A DNA stretch of 54,688 nt, taken from Patescibacteria group bacterium (GTDB taxonomy: Bacteria > Patescibacteriota > Minisyncoccia > Phycocordibacterales > JACOZG01). Location of the stretch: the NCBI GenBank assembly GCA_038065495.1, contig JBBTQW010000001.1:110137-164824 (forward strand). The letters run 5' to 3'. The position numbers and the translations under genes are program-made. Each line of letters opens with the position of its first letter. Positions within the stretch are counted from its first letter, which is position 1. This document shows, in pieces, positions 9,118 through 18,334 of the stretch. Under the pieces are notes generated by a model. It saw only the letters and a program-made list of their open reading frames with translations. It was not told the DNA's origin and did no database searches.

Positions 9118-10152
9118 ATGAGCGAAACAAAGAGACCAAATAGTTACCTTATTGTAGTCTTATTAATCCTGGTCATCATTTTCTTCAGTAGTATATTCTC
9201 CAAGAAAGGCCCCAGCCCTGATGGAAAGCAATTAATCGCGGCTCCTGGTCAAGGAGAAGCGCAACCCTGCGACCCACCGATGCAGATAATTGACGGCGAA
9301 TGCATTGACCCCGGCCCTGGTGGTGGCGGTGGAGATAATGTCGCGGCGCCAACTGTTACAACTTCGGCCGCTACTGGAGTAGACGAAGATAGCGCTACGC
9401 TCAATGGCAATATTAGTGATACCGGTGGCGCCGATGCCACAGCCAGAGGCTTCCACTACGGTACTACACTCAGCTACGGCTCAGACGCTGAGGAGAGTGG
9501 CACCTTCTCCACCGGCGACTTTAGCTCTACCCTCTCTGACCTAGAATGCGACACTGATTACTACTTCCAAGCTTATGCCACCAACTCTGGTGACACGGGC
9601 ACTGGTAGCGCTCAGACCTTTACTACCGACTCTTGTTCCAATCCTACCGACGATAACGAAAATAACCCGCAAGTGGAGTCCGGCAACAGTGGTAATAATC
9701 AGGACCAAACACCAGACACGTCTAATACAACTACTAGTGGTGGCTCTGGCTACGTAGACACTTCTATCTCTGCACCCGTGGCTAGTCCAGCAGCAGTGAC
9801 CGCTACTAACGAAACCTCTGCACCAAGCGCCGGCAATACAGAGACTCAGTCTGTCTTGTCTCAGTTACTTACCACCATTGCAGAGAACCAGCCTGCACCA
9901 ACCGTGCCACCACCAGACCTCTTCTTGGGCAACTACGGTTCTTATGTCTATGACCTGCAAGTGTTGCTCAACCGCTTTGGCTTCCCTCTCGCTACGGGCG
10001 GCCCCGGCTCACCAAGTCAGGAGACGCTCACCTTCGGTCCGCTCACCGAAGCAAGTCTCAAACTCTTCCAGCAAGCCCACAGTTTGCCCGTCACCGGCTA
10101 CTTTGGTCACGTCACTTGGGAAGTGATGATGAAATTGGCAGGCACGCGCTAA
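9118..10152 (+). CDS. Secreted or membrane-anchored protein with a C-terminal peptidoglycan-binding domain
   Basis: N-terminal TM segment, an FN3-like segment (ATLNGNISDTGG...YYFQAYATN), a low-complexity linker, and a C-terminal PG_binding_1-like LQVLLNRFGF...LFQQAHSLPVTGYFG. Confidence 0.6.
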   Translation: MSETKRPNSYLIVVLLILVIIFFSSIFSKKGPSPDGKQLIAAPGQGEAQPCDPPMQIIDGECIDPGPGGGGGDNVAAPTVTTSAATGVDEDSATLNGNISDTGGADATARGFHYGTTLSYGSDAEESGTFSTGDFSSTLSDLECDTDYYFQAYATNSGDTGTGSAQTFTTDSCSNPTDDNENNPQVESGNSGNNQDQTPDTSNTTTSGGSGYVDTSISAPVASPAAVTATNETSAPSAGNTETQSVLSQLLTTIAENQPAPTVPPPDLFLGNYGSYVYDLQVLLNRFGFPLATGGPGSPSQETLTFGPLTEASLKLFQQAHSLPVTGYFGHVTWEVMMKLAGTR

Positions 10153-10178
10153 GAGTTAGTAAACAAAAATAAATAAAA

Positions 10179-10212
10179 AGCCCAGGCGATGCAAGATCGC
10201 CGGGGCTTTTTT
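10179..10212 (+). terminator. Rho-independent terminator
   Basis: agcccaggcgat / atcgccggggct stem with one mismatch, followed by tttttt. Confidence 0.6.
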
Positions 10213-10242
10213 CTTTCTGTGATGTGAGGGAAGGTGAAAAAT

Positions 10243-10572
10243 TCAGGCGGCTGTGACCTTTGGTGGAGCATTGAGACAAGCGGCTGGCATGGCTTTCCCA
10301 AACAGAAAAAGAATCTGCTCAGCCGTCAGGCCATCAAGTTGGAGAAGGCCGCGGACCGAAATATTGCCAAGTCTGATTTCGAGCCCAACATCTTGACCAT
10401 TGCCTCCCGAAACCAGCAATTCGCCGCTTAGTGCTAGTGTCCCGCCTTTCTGTCCACCAATGAGAGAGTCATGATGCGCTTCCAGGGTACCACTGAGAAG
10501 TAGTACCCCACCCTCTCCTCTGCGCAACTCCATTTGAGCATTTGCCAAGACCGCCAAACTTTTGTCAGCCAT
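10243..10572 (-). CDS. Hypothetical protein (Gly/Leu-rich, repetitive)
   Basis: 109-aa ORF with an SD-like AAGGGAG upstream of the ATG. No recognisable domain. A shorter competing + strand ORF was judged less likely. Confidence 0.35.
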   Translation of the reverse strand: MADKSLAVLANAQMELRRGEGGVLLLSGTLEAHHDSLIGGQKGGTLALSGELLVSGGNGQDVGLEIRLGNISVRGLLQLDGLTAEQILFLFGKAMPAACLNAPPKVTAA

Positions 10573-10685
10573 GAGCCAACTCCCTTCTTCTTTATTTCAA
10601 TTATTTTCCCAAATTTGCGTCCCTCAACAACAAGGAACTGAGCAGGCCAGACTATACTATATTAAACTTGAGAATGCAAGTGTGT

Positions 10686-10757
10686 GACCCCACAGGGAAT
10701 CGAACCCTGGTTACCGGCTTGAAAAGCCGATGTCCTAACCGTTAGACGATGGGGCCT
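10686..10757 (-). tRNA. tRNA-Glu (UUC)
   Basis: Manual cloverleaf: GGCCCCA acceptor stem, anticodon loop UUUUCAA, T-arm GGGUUCGAUUCCC. CCA is not encoded. Confidence 0.9.
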
Positions 10758-10839
10758 TGGCTTGTTTACTTAATTTGGCTCTCAAAATATAGCATTTTTT
10801 ACAAGAATGACAAGAAATGTTAGTGTGGTAGCACACTAA

Positions 10840-10929
10840 GGAAGAGTGGCTGAGTGGTTGAAGGCACCGGTTTCGAAAACCGGCATGGGGGAAACCTCAT
10901 CGAGAGTTCGAATCTCTCCTCTTCCGCCA
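10840..10929 (+). tRNA. tRNA-Ser (CGA)
   Basis: GGAAGAG acceptor stem, anticodon loop UUCGAAA, long variable arm, T-arm GAGAGUUCGAAUCUCUC. CCA is encoded. Confidence 0.9.
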
Positions 10930-11007
10930 CAGCGGTTCGAACTAAAGTTATTTAGTAAGAACCGATGTCGAGAAGCTGGAGGATGAGAAAGCCGTAATGC
11001 ACGCAAC

Positions 11008-11023
11008 CTCTCCTCTTCCGCCA
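11008..11023 (+). repeat. 16-bp direct repeat of the tRNA-Ser 3' end (att-like scar)
   Basis: ctctcctcttccgcca at 11008-11023 is identical to 10914-10929, the 3' end of tRNA-Ser including CCA. Confidence 0.8.
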
Positions 11024-11028
11024 AACTT

Positions 11029-11640
11029 ATGAATTTCTACAACAAATACATTCTCCCTAAATATCTTAATTTAAGGATGAAGAATCGGGATTTGGAAAGA
11101 CACCGAGTTGATGTTGTAAACGAGGTAAGTGGCGTTGTGCTCGAAATCGGATTTGGCTCAGGACTTAATCTTCCATATTACACAAACACCAGCAAACTCT
11201 ACGCCCTTGATCCGTCGGAGGGACTGTACACTCTCGCTCAAGAAAGGATTAGAAATGTGTCATTCTCGATTGAACATCTTCGAGCCTCGGCCGAAAGCAT
11301 CCCGCTTCCCGACAACACTCTTGATTCCGTTGTCTCGACATGGAGCTTGTGCAGTATTCCCAATCCAGAGATTGCTCTCCGAGAAATTTTCAGAGTGTTG
11401 AAACCGGGTGGGAAATTCTCATTTGTTGAACACGGAAAATCGCCCAAATCTTTCATCTTTAAAATCCAGAATTTTCTCACCCCGATTTCCACCAGAATTG
11501 CCGGGGGCTGCCACTTAAATAGAGAAATCGAAAAACTTATTCTCGATGCCGGTTTTGAAATGCAAAAAATCGAGAATTTTACCCAAAAATTCAAACCTCT
11601 CGGTTTTATGTACAAAGGCGTCGCAATAGCGGAAAAATAG
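11029..11640 (+). CDS. Class I SAM-dependent methyltransferase
   Basis: Motif I VLEIGFGSGLN and a post-I/II LKPGGKFSFVEHG segment (Methyltransf_11-like). Confidence 0.8.
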   Translation: MNFYNKYILPKYLNLRMKNRDLERHRVDVVNEVSGVVLEIGFGSGLNLPYYTNTSKLYALDPSEGLYTLAQERIRNVSFSIEHLRASAESIPLPDNTLDSVVSTWSLCSIPNPEIALREIFRVLKPGGKFSFVEHGKSPKSFIFKIQNFLTPISTRIAGGCHLNREIEKLILDAGFEMQKIENFTQKFKPLGFMYKGVAIAEK

Positions 11641-11662
11641 AGCCAACCCACACACTCGCCAA

Positions 11663-12712
11663 TCAAGCCTTAGCCAAATCTCCTAACTTCGTCAGAACAA
11701 TCGCCATCTCGCGCATTTCATCAGTTAGTAACACAATCACCTGTTCGGGTTTGAGGAAGAAGTTTAAGCCAACGCGCAGGCGGCTAGAAACAGATTCCGA
11801 ACGTTCAGCGATAGTGCCGGTCAAAACTACTAGGTCTGCGCCACCGAGCACCGCCGCGTAACCAGCGAGATATTGCAAAATTGATCTGATAAAATACTCA
11901 ATCGCTAGCGCCGCTCGAGCGTCGCCATTTTTTTCTTTTTCCAGTAACTCCCGCACTTCCCCACTCTCACCACTTAGGCCGAGCAAGCCAGACTTCTTCT
12001 CCAAATCTTGCAAGAGAGCCTCTGGCGAGAGTTTACTTTCTTGTAATAATTTCAGAACGACCGCCGGATCCAAGTCACCACTCCGCGTGCTCATCGGCAA
12101 ACCACTAATCGGACTGTAACTCATCGAAGTGGTGACTGTTTTGCCATGACTTAACGCTGTCACGCTCGCACCACCACCGAGATGCGCCACGATTACCTTC
12201 TCTGGCAAGCCTTCAGATTTGCTGGCCAGCTGACTAACAACAGAAGCGAGCGAGAAACCGTGATAGCCGAAGCGGTAGAGATCGTGCTGACTAGCTAACT
12301 TCTGATCGATCGGCAATAAACGCGAGTATTCCGGCAGCGGTTGATGAAAAGCAGAATCAGAAAGCGCGAAGAGTTTAGCTTGAGGCAAGAGAGTTCTCAC
12401 TATTTCCAGCTCGGCTAGCACCGGCGCAAGATGGAGTGGCCAATCAGTTGTAACTAACTTTAATTTAGCAAAATATTCGGCTGTGAGTTCTTGATGAGCA
12501 GTAAAATAAGTGCCCGGCGCGACAATTCTAATCCCCACTTTATTAATTTCCGCAAATTCTGCTAAATTGCCAGCCTTCTGCCAACTCTGTAAAGCTTCCT
12601 CCAAACTCCCTGCTCCAGCCTCGAAGTGTGAGCGCGCGAGAATTTGCCCGCCTTCGGCTAGCGCGTACTTCCGCGACTGACTGCCCAGATTGATGATTAA
12701 ATTTTTTGCCAT
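11663..12712 (-). CDS. ackA: Acetate kinase family protein (short form)
   Basis: ASKHA-fold motifs FGYHGFS and AHLGGGASVTA. Overlaps the 3' end of the phosphoketolase gene by 16 nt. At 349 aa it is shorter than a typical AckA. Confidence 0.75.
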   Translation of the reverse strand: MAKNLIINLGSQSRKYALAEGGQILARSHFEAGAGSLEEALQSWQKAGNLAEFAEINKVGIRIVAPGTYFTAHQELTAEYFAKLKLVTTDWPLHLAPVLAELEIVRTLLPQAKLFALSDSAFHQPLPEYSRLLPIDQKLASQHDLYRFGYHGFSLASVVSQLASKSEGLPEKVIVAHLGGGASVTALSHGKTVTTSMSYSPISGLPMSTRSGDLDPAVVLKLLQESKLSPEALLQDLEKKSGLLGLSGESGEVRELLEKEKNGDARAALAIEYFIRSILQYLAGYAAVLGGADLVVLTGTIAERSESVSSRLRVGLNFFLKPEQVIVLLTDEMREMAIVLTKLGDLAKA

Positions 12713-15054
12713 TGCCAGTTTTCTACTTCGTCAGGATCGACGCCGTTTTTAATAATATATTCTTTATGTTCTGTAATCTTCGCTTGATATAAGCTTATCA
12801 GGCGTTCGGCTTTCAAGCTATCCAGCACGCCGACTGTGCGCATTTTCTCAAACACTTCGATCGCGAGATTATACCGGCTCGTGCCATTGCGGAGATGCAG
12901 ATCAAATGGCGTCGTCGTTGAGCCATTTTCCGTATAACCATGCACAGAAAATCTGTCTTTGATATTCTGATGATTAAACAGCACTTGCTTGAGCGTGTCC
13001 GGATAACCGTGGAAGTTGAAGATAACTGGCTTATCAGCCGTAAAGTAATCCTCAAACTGGTAAACCGGCGCGCGACAAGCTTGATCACCAAGACCAATCG
13101 CCGAGATTTCTAAAATATTTACAAATCGCACTTTGATCTCCGGCGCTTCTTGCTTGATAATCGCGATCGCGGCGAGCGCTTCTTTTGTTAAGTATTCACC
13201 CACGCCAGAGAGCACAATATCCGGATCCGGATCACTCGCAAAGTCCCAAGTTAATAAACCCTGATCTAATTCTTGCGCAATCAATTCTGGCGAGAGCCAG
13301 CGTGGTTCAAGAGTCTTACCAGCCACAATAATATTTATTTCACTCTTAGTGCTCAAACATTTTTTCAAAACTGCTAATGCCGTATTAGCGTCCGGCGGGA
13401 AGAAAACTTTCACGAAACAACCCTGCTTCTCGAGCATGTTATTGATGAAGCCCGGATTCTGATGCGAAAAGCCGTTATGCTCCTGCCGCCAACCAGATGA
13501 AGTGAGAATATAAGTGAGCGAAGGCAGAGTTCCACGCCAGAAGGTCTCACGGGCGATGCGCAAGAATTTGGCATATTGATCCGCCATGCTGGCGACCACT
13601 TGGATGAAAGCCTCATAAGAAGCGAAGACCGCCCAGCGACCAGTGAGCACATAACCCTGCGCCAAGCCTTGCAGCGCGTTCTCGCTCAACATCTCCATCA
13701 CGCGACCATCAGGTGCTAAATCACGATCCCACGGCTTGATCTCGCCGGTGAAGGCGCGACTAGTTTGTGAGAAAACCGCGTCTAACTTATTCGAATAAGT
13801 CTCGTCTGGCGACAAGAGACGAAAGTTTTTTTGATTCTGATTTAATTTAAAAACTTCCGCTAGATACAGTCCAATCCGCCGCATACTACTAGAGCCGATC
13901 GTGCCAGGGACACTCGCCTCTTCCGTAAAATTAGTAATTTCTGGTAAAACAAGTTCTGTGGTTTTGTTGCCATTAGCATGCGCACTCCGGCCCATTTTCT
14001 TCTCATCAGCCGGCAGAATATCTCGCACATCTTGCGCCAAGCCAGTCTCTGGATCAAATAATTCGTGAATCTGATACGACTTGAGCCAAGCTTCCAGCGC
14101 CGCGAGCTGTTCGGGATTAGTCCTTGCCTCACTCGCGACAACTTGATGCGACAAGCAATTACCTTCGATCTTCTGACTATTTAGCTCTTTAATTCCCGTC
14201 CAACCTTTCGGCGTTCTCAAGATAATCAGCGGCCAGCGGGGTGAGTGATTCTGATTCTCACCAGCTCTAGCCTGTTTCTGGATCTCGCGAATCTTGTGAT
14301 AAGACACCGTTAGAGTCTCTTCCATGGCGCTGTAAACCTCGTCACCCTCGCCACTCACAATCGCCGGCTCGTAGCCATAGCCCGTGAAGAGCGCTAGAAG
14401 TTCTTGATCCGACATCCGGCCAAAGATTGTCGGTCCGGAAATTTTGTAGCCATTCAAGTGGAGTATCGGCAACACAGCGCCATTCTCGCGCGCGCTGATT
14501 AATTTACTCAAGTGCCACGAGGTCGCGAGTGTGGCCGTCTCGGCTTCGCCATCGCCAATCAAGCACGCGGCGATGAGATCTGGATTATCAAGAATCGCAC
14601 CATAAGCCGTCGCCAGCGAGTAACCCAGCTCGCCACCTTCCAAGATCACGCCCGGCGTGGCTGGCGAACTATGACTCGGGAAGCCGTAAGGCCAGCTAAA
14701 CTGGCGCGCGATATAAGCCAAGCCAGCCAGATCAGATGTCGCTTTGGGATAAAACTGTTTTAGCGTATTTTCTAGAAAAAGATTAGCCTGAAGTGCTGGA
14801 AAACCGTGGCCGGGACCGAGTAGGAAAATAAAATCAGCGCCGGTTTTTTTAATTAAAGCGTTTAAGTGAGCGTAGACAAAATTAATTCCCGGGCAAGTGC
14901 CCCAGTGGCCAAGTAATCGTGGCTTAATATGCGCTGGTTCTAGCGGTTCTGTTAAGAGAAAATTATCTTGCAAGTAAATCTGCGCCGCGCTGATATAGTT
15001 CGCCACGCGCACATACTTTTTGATTATTTCAGTTGTTTCAGTAGAAGCCGTCAC
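12697..15054 (-). CDS. xfp: Xylulose-5-phosphate/fructose-6-phosphate phosphoketolase
   Basis: 785 aa with a GTG start. Contains the GHWGTCPG, EGGELGY and GDGEAETA ThDP-enzyme motifs characteristic of XFP. Confidence 0.9.
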   Translation of the reverse strand: MTASTETTEIIKKYVRVANYISAAQIYLQDNFLLTEPLEPAHIKPRLLGHWGTCPGINFVYAHLNALIKKTGADFIFLLGPGHGFPALQANLFLENTLKQFYPKATSDLAGLAYIARQFSWPYGFPSHSSPATPGVILEGGELGYSLATAYGAILDNPDLIAACLIGDGEAETATLATSWHLSKLISARENGAVLPILHLNGYKISGPTIFGRMSDQELLALFTGYGYEPAIVSGEGDEVYSAMEETLTVSYHKIREIQKQARAGENQNHSPRWPLIILRTPKGWTGIKELNSQKIEGNCLSHQVVASEARTNPEQLAALEAWLKSYQIHELFDPETGLAQDVRDILPADEKKMGRSAHANGNKTTELVLPEITNFTEEASVPGTIGSSSMRRIGLYLAEVFKLNQNQKNFRLLSPDETYSNKLDAVFSQTSRAFTGEIKPWDRDLAPDGRVMEMLSENALQGLAQGYVLTGRWAVFASYEAFIQVVASMADQYAKFLRIARETFWRGTLPSLTYILTSSGWRQEHNGFSHQNPGFINNMLEKQGCFVKVFFPPDANTALAVLKKCLSTKSEINIIVAGKTLEPRWLSPELIAQELDQGLLTWDFASDPDPDIVLSGVGEYLTKEALAAIAIIKQEAPEIKVRFVNILEISAIGLGDQACRAPVYQFEDYFTADKPVIFNFHGYPDTLKQVLFNHQNIKDRFSVHGYTENGSTTTPFDLHLRNGTSRYNLAIEVFEKMRTVGVLDSLKAERLISLYQAKITEHKEYIIKNGVDPDEVENWQWQKI

Positions 15055-15128
15055 ACTCTAATTTTAGCAGTATTCGTCCATCTTTGCATGTTGCATTGTT
15101 CTAGGAGAAGCATATAGTTAATAACAAG

Positions 15129-16226
15129 ATGTCGGTAATTAGCACACTGTATACTCGAGCCCTTAAGCCCATCTTTTTCCTTAGTGATCCAGAGACTGTG
15201 CATGATAAAATGACCCATTTTGGGTCATTTTTAGGCAGTCACAGTTTAACTAAAAAGTTGACTAAGTCTCTGCTTCATTACGCTCATCCGAGCTTAGAGC
15301 AAGGGATTTTGGGTCTCAAATTTGCCAACCCTCTTGGCCTCGCGGCCGGCTTTGATAAGAATGCTGAGCTGACCGACATCATTCCGGCTGTCGGCTTCGG
15401 CTTCGAAGAAATTGGTTCGGTGACTGGCCAAGTCTGTGCTGGTAATCCCAAACCCCGCTTGTGGCGTTTGCCCGAGTCGCAAGGCTTGGTGGTTTATTAT
15501 GGTTTGAAGAACGACGGCTGTGAGGCTGTTGCTAATAAATTGAGTCAGAAAAAGTTTGAGAATATCCTCGGCACCAGTGTGGCCATGACGAACTGTTCAG
15601 ATAATTTAGACATCAAGAACGCGGTGATAGATTATGCCAAAGCTTTCCGCGCTTTCGCTGATATCGGCGATTACACTACTATCAATATTAGTTGCCCCAA
15701 TGCCACCGGTGGCCAGCCTTTCATCATCCCGCATCGCTTAGATTACTTGCTTGATATTCTAGACACGATCGCTACCAGCAAACCAATTTTTATTAAACTC
15801 TCGCCAGACTTATCTCAAGAGCAGTTAGATAATATTCTAGAAATTGCGAGCAAGCATCGCGTGCACGGTATTATCTGTAGCAATCTCACCAAGAAACGCG
15901 ACAATCCGAAAATCTTTGATAAAAATATTCCGGCCACTGGCGGGATCAGTGGCAAGCCGGTGCAAGAATTGGCTGACAAAATGCTCGCGTATATTTATCG
16001 TCAGACTGGCAAACGTTTCGTCTTAATCGGTTGTGGTGGTGTTTCTGACGCTGGAGACGCTTATCGCAAGATTCGCCTCGGCGCCTCGCTCGTACAAATG
16101 ATTACCGGCATGATCTTCGAGGGTCCGCAAGTGATTGGTGAAATAAATCGTGGCTTGGTGGCACTACTCCAGCGCGACGGCTTCCAGAATATCAGTGAGG
16201 CGGTGGGAGTGGATAATCACGCTTAA
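15129..16226 (+). CDS. pyrD: Dihydroorotate dehydrogenase, class 2 type
   Basis: GLAAGFDKN, GFGFEEIGSVT, NISCPN and GCGGV motifs, with a long N-terminal extension typical of class 2. Confidence 0.9.
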   Translation: MSVISTLYTRALKPIFFLSDPETVHDKMTHFGSFLGSHSLTKKLTKSLLHYAHPSLEQGILGLKFANPLGLAAGFDKNAELTDIIPAVGFGFEEIGSVTGQVCAGNPKPRLWRLPESQGLVVYYGLKNDGCEAVANKLSQKKFENILGTSVAMTNCSDNLDIKNAVIDYAKAFRAFADIGDYTTINISCPNATGGQPFIIPHRLDYLLDILDTIATSKPIFIKLSPDLSQEQLDNILEIASKHRVHGIICSNLTKKRDNPKIFDKNIPATGGISGKPVQELADKMLAYIYRQTGKRFVLIGCGGVSDAGDAYRKIRLGASLVQMITGMIFEGPQVIGEINRGLVALLQRDGFQNISEAVGVDNHA

Positions 16227-16249
16227 ATCTGCTAAATTAGCTCTCACGA

Positions 16250-16322
16250 GGGCGGTTAGCTCAGTTGGTAGAGCATGTCTTTGACGTAGACAGGGTCACA
16301 GGTTCGAGTCCTGTACCGCCCA
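16250..16322 (+). tRNA. tRNA-Val (GAC)
   Basis: GGGCGGU acceptor stem, anticodon loop UUGACGU, T-arm ACAGGUUCGAGUCCUGU. CCA is not encoded. Confidence 0.9.
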
Positions 16323-16338
16323 CTTCAAGTCGAACAAA

Positions 16339-16378
16339 CCCCGTTCTGAAAGATATTCTCTTTCCAGAACGGGGTTTT
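16339..16378. terminator. Bidirectional hairpin terminator
   Basis: ccccgttctgaaag...ctttccagaacgggg long stem flanked by A and T runs. It lies between the convergent tRNA-Val and the 16378-16695 ORF. Confidence 0.6.
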
Positions 16379-16695
16379 CAGTTTTGATCAACCAAGCGAG
16401 GAATCTGCGCGTGCCGGAAATACTGCCTCAACATCCCACCAATCAGAACGCTGGGCGAATATTCCTCTGGATCAATTGCGACGAATTCAGAAGCTGGTGA
16501 TAATTCGCCACAACCCGCACCGACCACTCCTTCTTGGAGAAGTCGCGGAGTACGGATAATTTCCTTGGCCTCAACTTGCCACCGAGCTGATTGATCTTTG
16601 CTCCAGAATGGTCCAACCGCCCGAGAAAGAATTTCTGTTTCATTACCTCGACGCAAGAAAATTTTGAACAGAACGTAACTGATCGTCTGATCCAT
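16378..16695 (-). CDS. Hypothetical protein
   Basis: 105-aa ORF with an SD-like GAGGTGA 4 nt upstream of the ATG. No recognisable domain. Confidence 0.4.
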   Translation of the reverse strand: MDQTISYVLFKIFLRRGNETEILSRAVGPFWSKDQSARWQVEAKEIIRTPRLLQEGVVGAGCGELSPASEFVAIDPEEYSPSVLIGGMLRQYFRHAQIPRLVDQN

Positions 16696-16767
16696 GACAT
16701 CACCTCACTTTATTGTTCTCCTTTTTGCTAGTCTAGTAAAGAGCCACGCTCATGTTATTATAGCACC

Positions 16768-17928
16768 GTGATTATTCTAGCCATAGAGACGAGTTGCGAC
16801 GAGACGGCTATTAGTATAGTAGAAGCTAGTGGCGAATTTAGTACGCCCAAATTTAAAGTTCTAGCGCACTGTGTTTCTTCTCAAGTCAAACTGCACGCCG
16901 AGTGGGGCGGCGTTGTCCCCAATCTGGCCAAGCGCGAACATGCGCGAAATATCATCCCTCTCGTGCAAGAAGCGCTAGCGCAAGCAAGTTTGCTAGAAAA
17001 AATAGAAAAAAGTGAGCAAAAAATTAGTCTAGAATTGCAGCAAAAACTGGCGCAAATTCTCGCGCGCGAGCCAGAAGTATTACAACACATTCTCGATTTC
17101 ACGGCTCAATATCGTGCCCCCAAATTTGACGTTATTGCCTTCACCCGTGGCCCAGGTCTCGAGCCAGCCCTCTGGGTGGGCGTGAACACGGCTCAGGCTC
17201 TGTCATGCGTCTGGGAGGCCCCCAGCGTGCCTGTAGACCATATGGAGGGGCATCTCTTGTCGCCGTTATTGAATTACAGCACACCGCCCGATTTCCCGAT
17301 TTTGGCACTCTTGATTTCTGGCGGGCATACAGAATTAATTTTAAGCAAAAGCTGGCTAGAATATGAGAAATTAGGCGAGACGCGCGATGACGCGGTGGGC
17401 GAAGCTTTTGATAAAGTCGCGCGAATCCTCGGCTTGCCTTATCCCGGCGGACCCGAAATCGGCAATCTTGCATCTCAAGCTGAACAAGAAAATCTGCCAA
17501 AACTGGAACAGAAACTCCCTCGCCCGATGATTAATTCTGGTGATTTAGACTTCTCTTTCTCTGGCTTAAAAACTGCTGTTTTATATTTAGTCCAAAAAAA
17601 TCCAGAAATAAACAAAGCTGAAGTCGCGCGCGAATTCCAGCAAGCCGTGATAGATGTTTTGCTCGCCAAAACAATTTTAGCCATCAAGAAACACGCGCCG
17701 AAAAGCGTGATAATTGCGGGAGGCGTGGCGAATAATCAAGAGTTAATCAAGCAATTTCGCGCTAAGACTTCCGAAACTTTCCCAGACATCAACTTACTCG
17801 TCCCCGAAGCCAAACTAACCACCGACAATGCCACGATGATCGCCGTCGCCGGCTACTTCCACGCGCTCAAGAATGAGTTTGTGAAAGACGGCGAAGAAAT
17901 CACAGCTGATGGGAATTTACAATTATAA
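16768..17928 (+). CDS. tsaD: tRNA N6-adenosine threonylcarbamoyltransferase
   Basis: ILAIETSCDETA N-terminus, metal-binding HMEGHL, and a GGVANN segment. GTG start. Confidence 0.9.
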   Translation: MIILAIETSCDETAISIVEASGEFSTPKFKVLAHCVSSQVKLHAEWGGVVPNLAKREHARNIIPLVQEALAQASLLEKIEKSEQKISLELQQKLAQILAREPEVLQHILDFTAQYRAPKFDVIAFTRGPGLEPALWVGVNTAQALSCVWEAPSVPVDHMEGHLLSPLLNYSTPPDFPILALLISGGHTELILSKSWLEYEKLGETRDDAVGEAFDKVARILGLPYPGGPEIGNLASQAEQENLPKLEQKLPRPMINSGDLDFSFSGLKTAVLYLVQKNPEINKAEVAREFQQAVIDVLLAKTILAIKKHAPKSVIIAGGVANNQELIKQFRAKTSETFPDINLLVPEAKLTTDNATMIAVAGYFHALKNEFVKDGEEITADGNLQL

Positions 17929-17939
17929 CGCTCCCCCAA

Positions 17940-17979
17940 CCCCTCTCTTAATTTAAGAGAGGGGCGAAGGGGTGAGTTA
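17940..17979 (+). repeat. Palindromic extragenic element, copy A
   Basis: cccctctctt-aattt-aagagagggg followed by cgaaggggtgagtta. The same stems and tail recur at 44331-44368. Confidence 0.7.
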
Positions 17980-18005
17980 CAGATTATTCTCCAATTGTTT
18001 CTTAT

Positions 18006-18034
18006 TTGACAAAATAAGCCAAGTTTGCTAGATA
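18006..18034 (+). promoter_or_regulatory. Putative promoter (TTGACA-N17-TAGATA)
   Basis: ttgaca at 18006-18011 and tagata at 18029-18034, upstream of the small ORF at 18085. Confidence 0.4.
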
Positions 18035-18084
18035 TATAAGTGGCGTTTGGGATAAACTTGAACATTTTTTAAGGAGATGAGAAC

Positions 18085-18312
18085 ATGGTTTCGTTTATTT
18101 TTGGTGGATTATTCGCCGTAGGGGTTATATCCGCGTGCATAAGCAAATGTACAGATGTTGGACCCAAGACAAGCTCGGTGATGCTTCGCGTAGCACTGGT
18201 GTTTATGTTTGCCGCCTTGCTCATTCAGCTCGTTCATTTTGTTTATCTTCTTTCTCTTCAGCACCCCACCCCACCCATTGCGGTGGGGTTCTTTTTCGCC
18301 AAAAAGGCTTAA
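18085..18312 (+). CDS. Small two-TM membrane protein
   Basis: 75 aa with two hydrophobic helices and a strong SD (aaggag) 7 nt upstream of the ATG. Confidence 0.5.
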   Translation: MVSFIFGGLFAVGVISACISKCTDVGPKTSSVMLRVALVFMFAALLIQLVHFVYLLSLQHPTPPIAVGFFFAKKA

Positions 18313-18334
18313 TTTTGCTATATTTTAGGAACAA

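Noticed and set aside
10252-10258. Possible att-like duplicate of the tRNA-Glu 3' end (tgtgacc) bounding the hypothetical gene 10243-10572.
   Set aside because: The match is only 7 nt, far too short to separate from chance. The tRNA-Ser, tmRNA and tRNA-Leu repeats are 16-20 nt.
10234-10431. 65-aa + strand ORF (GTG start) opposite the 109-aa minus-strand ORF.
   Set aside because: It is shorter, has no SD, and starts only about 20 nt after a strong terminator. The minus-strand ORF is longer and has an SD-like motif. Neither ORF is certain.
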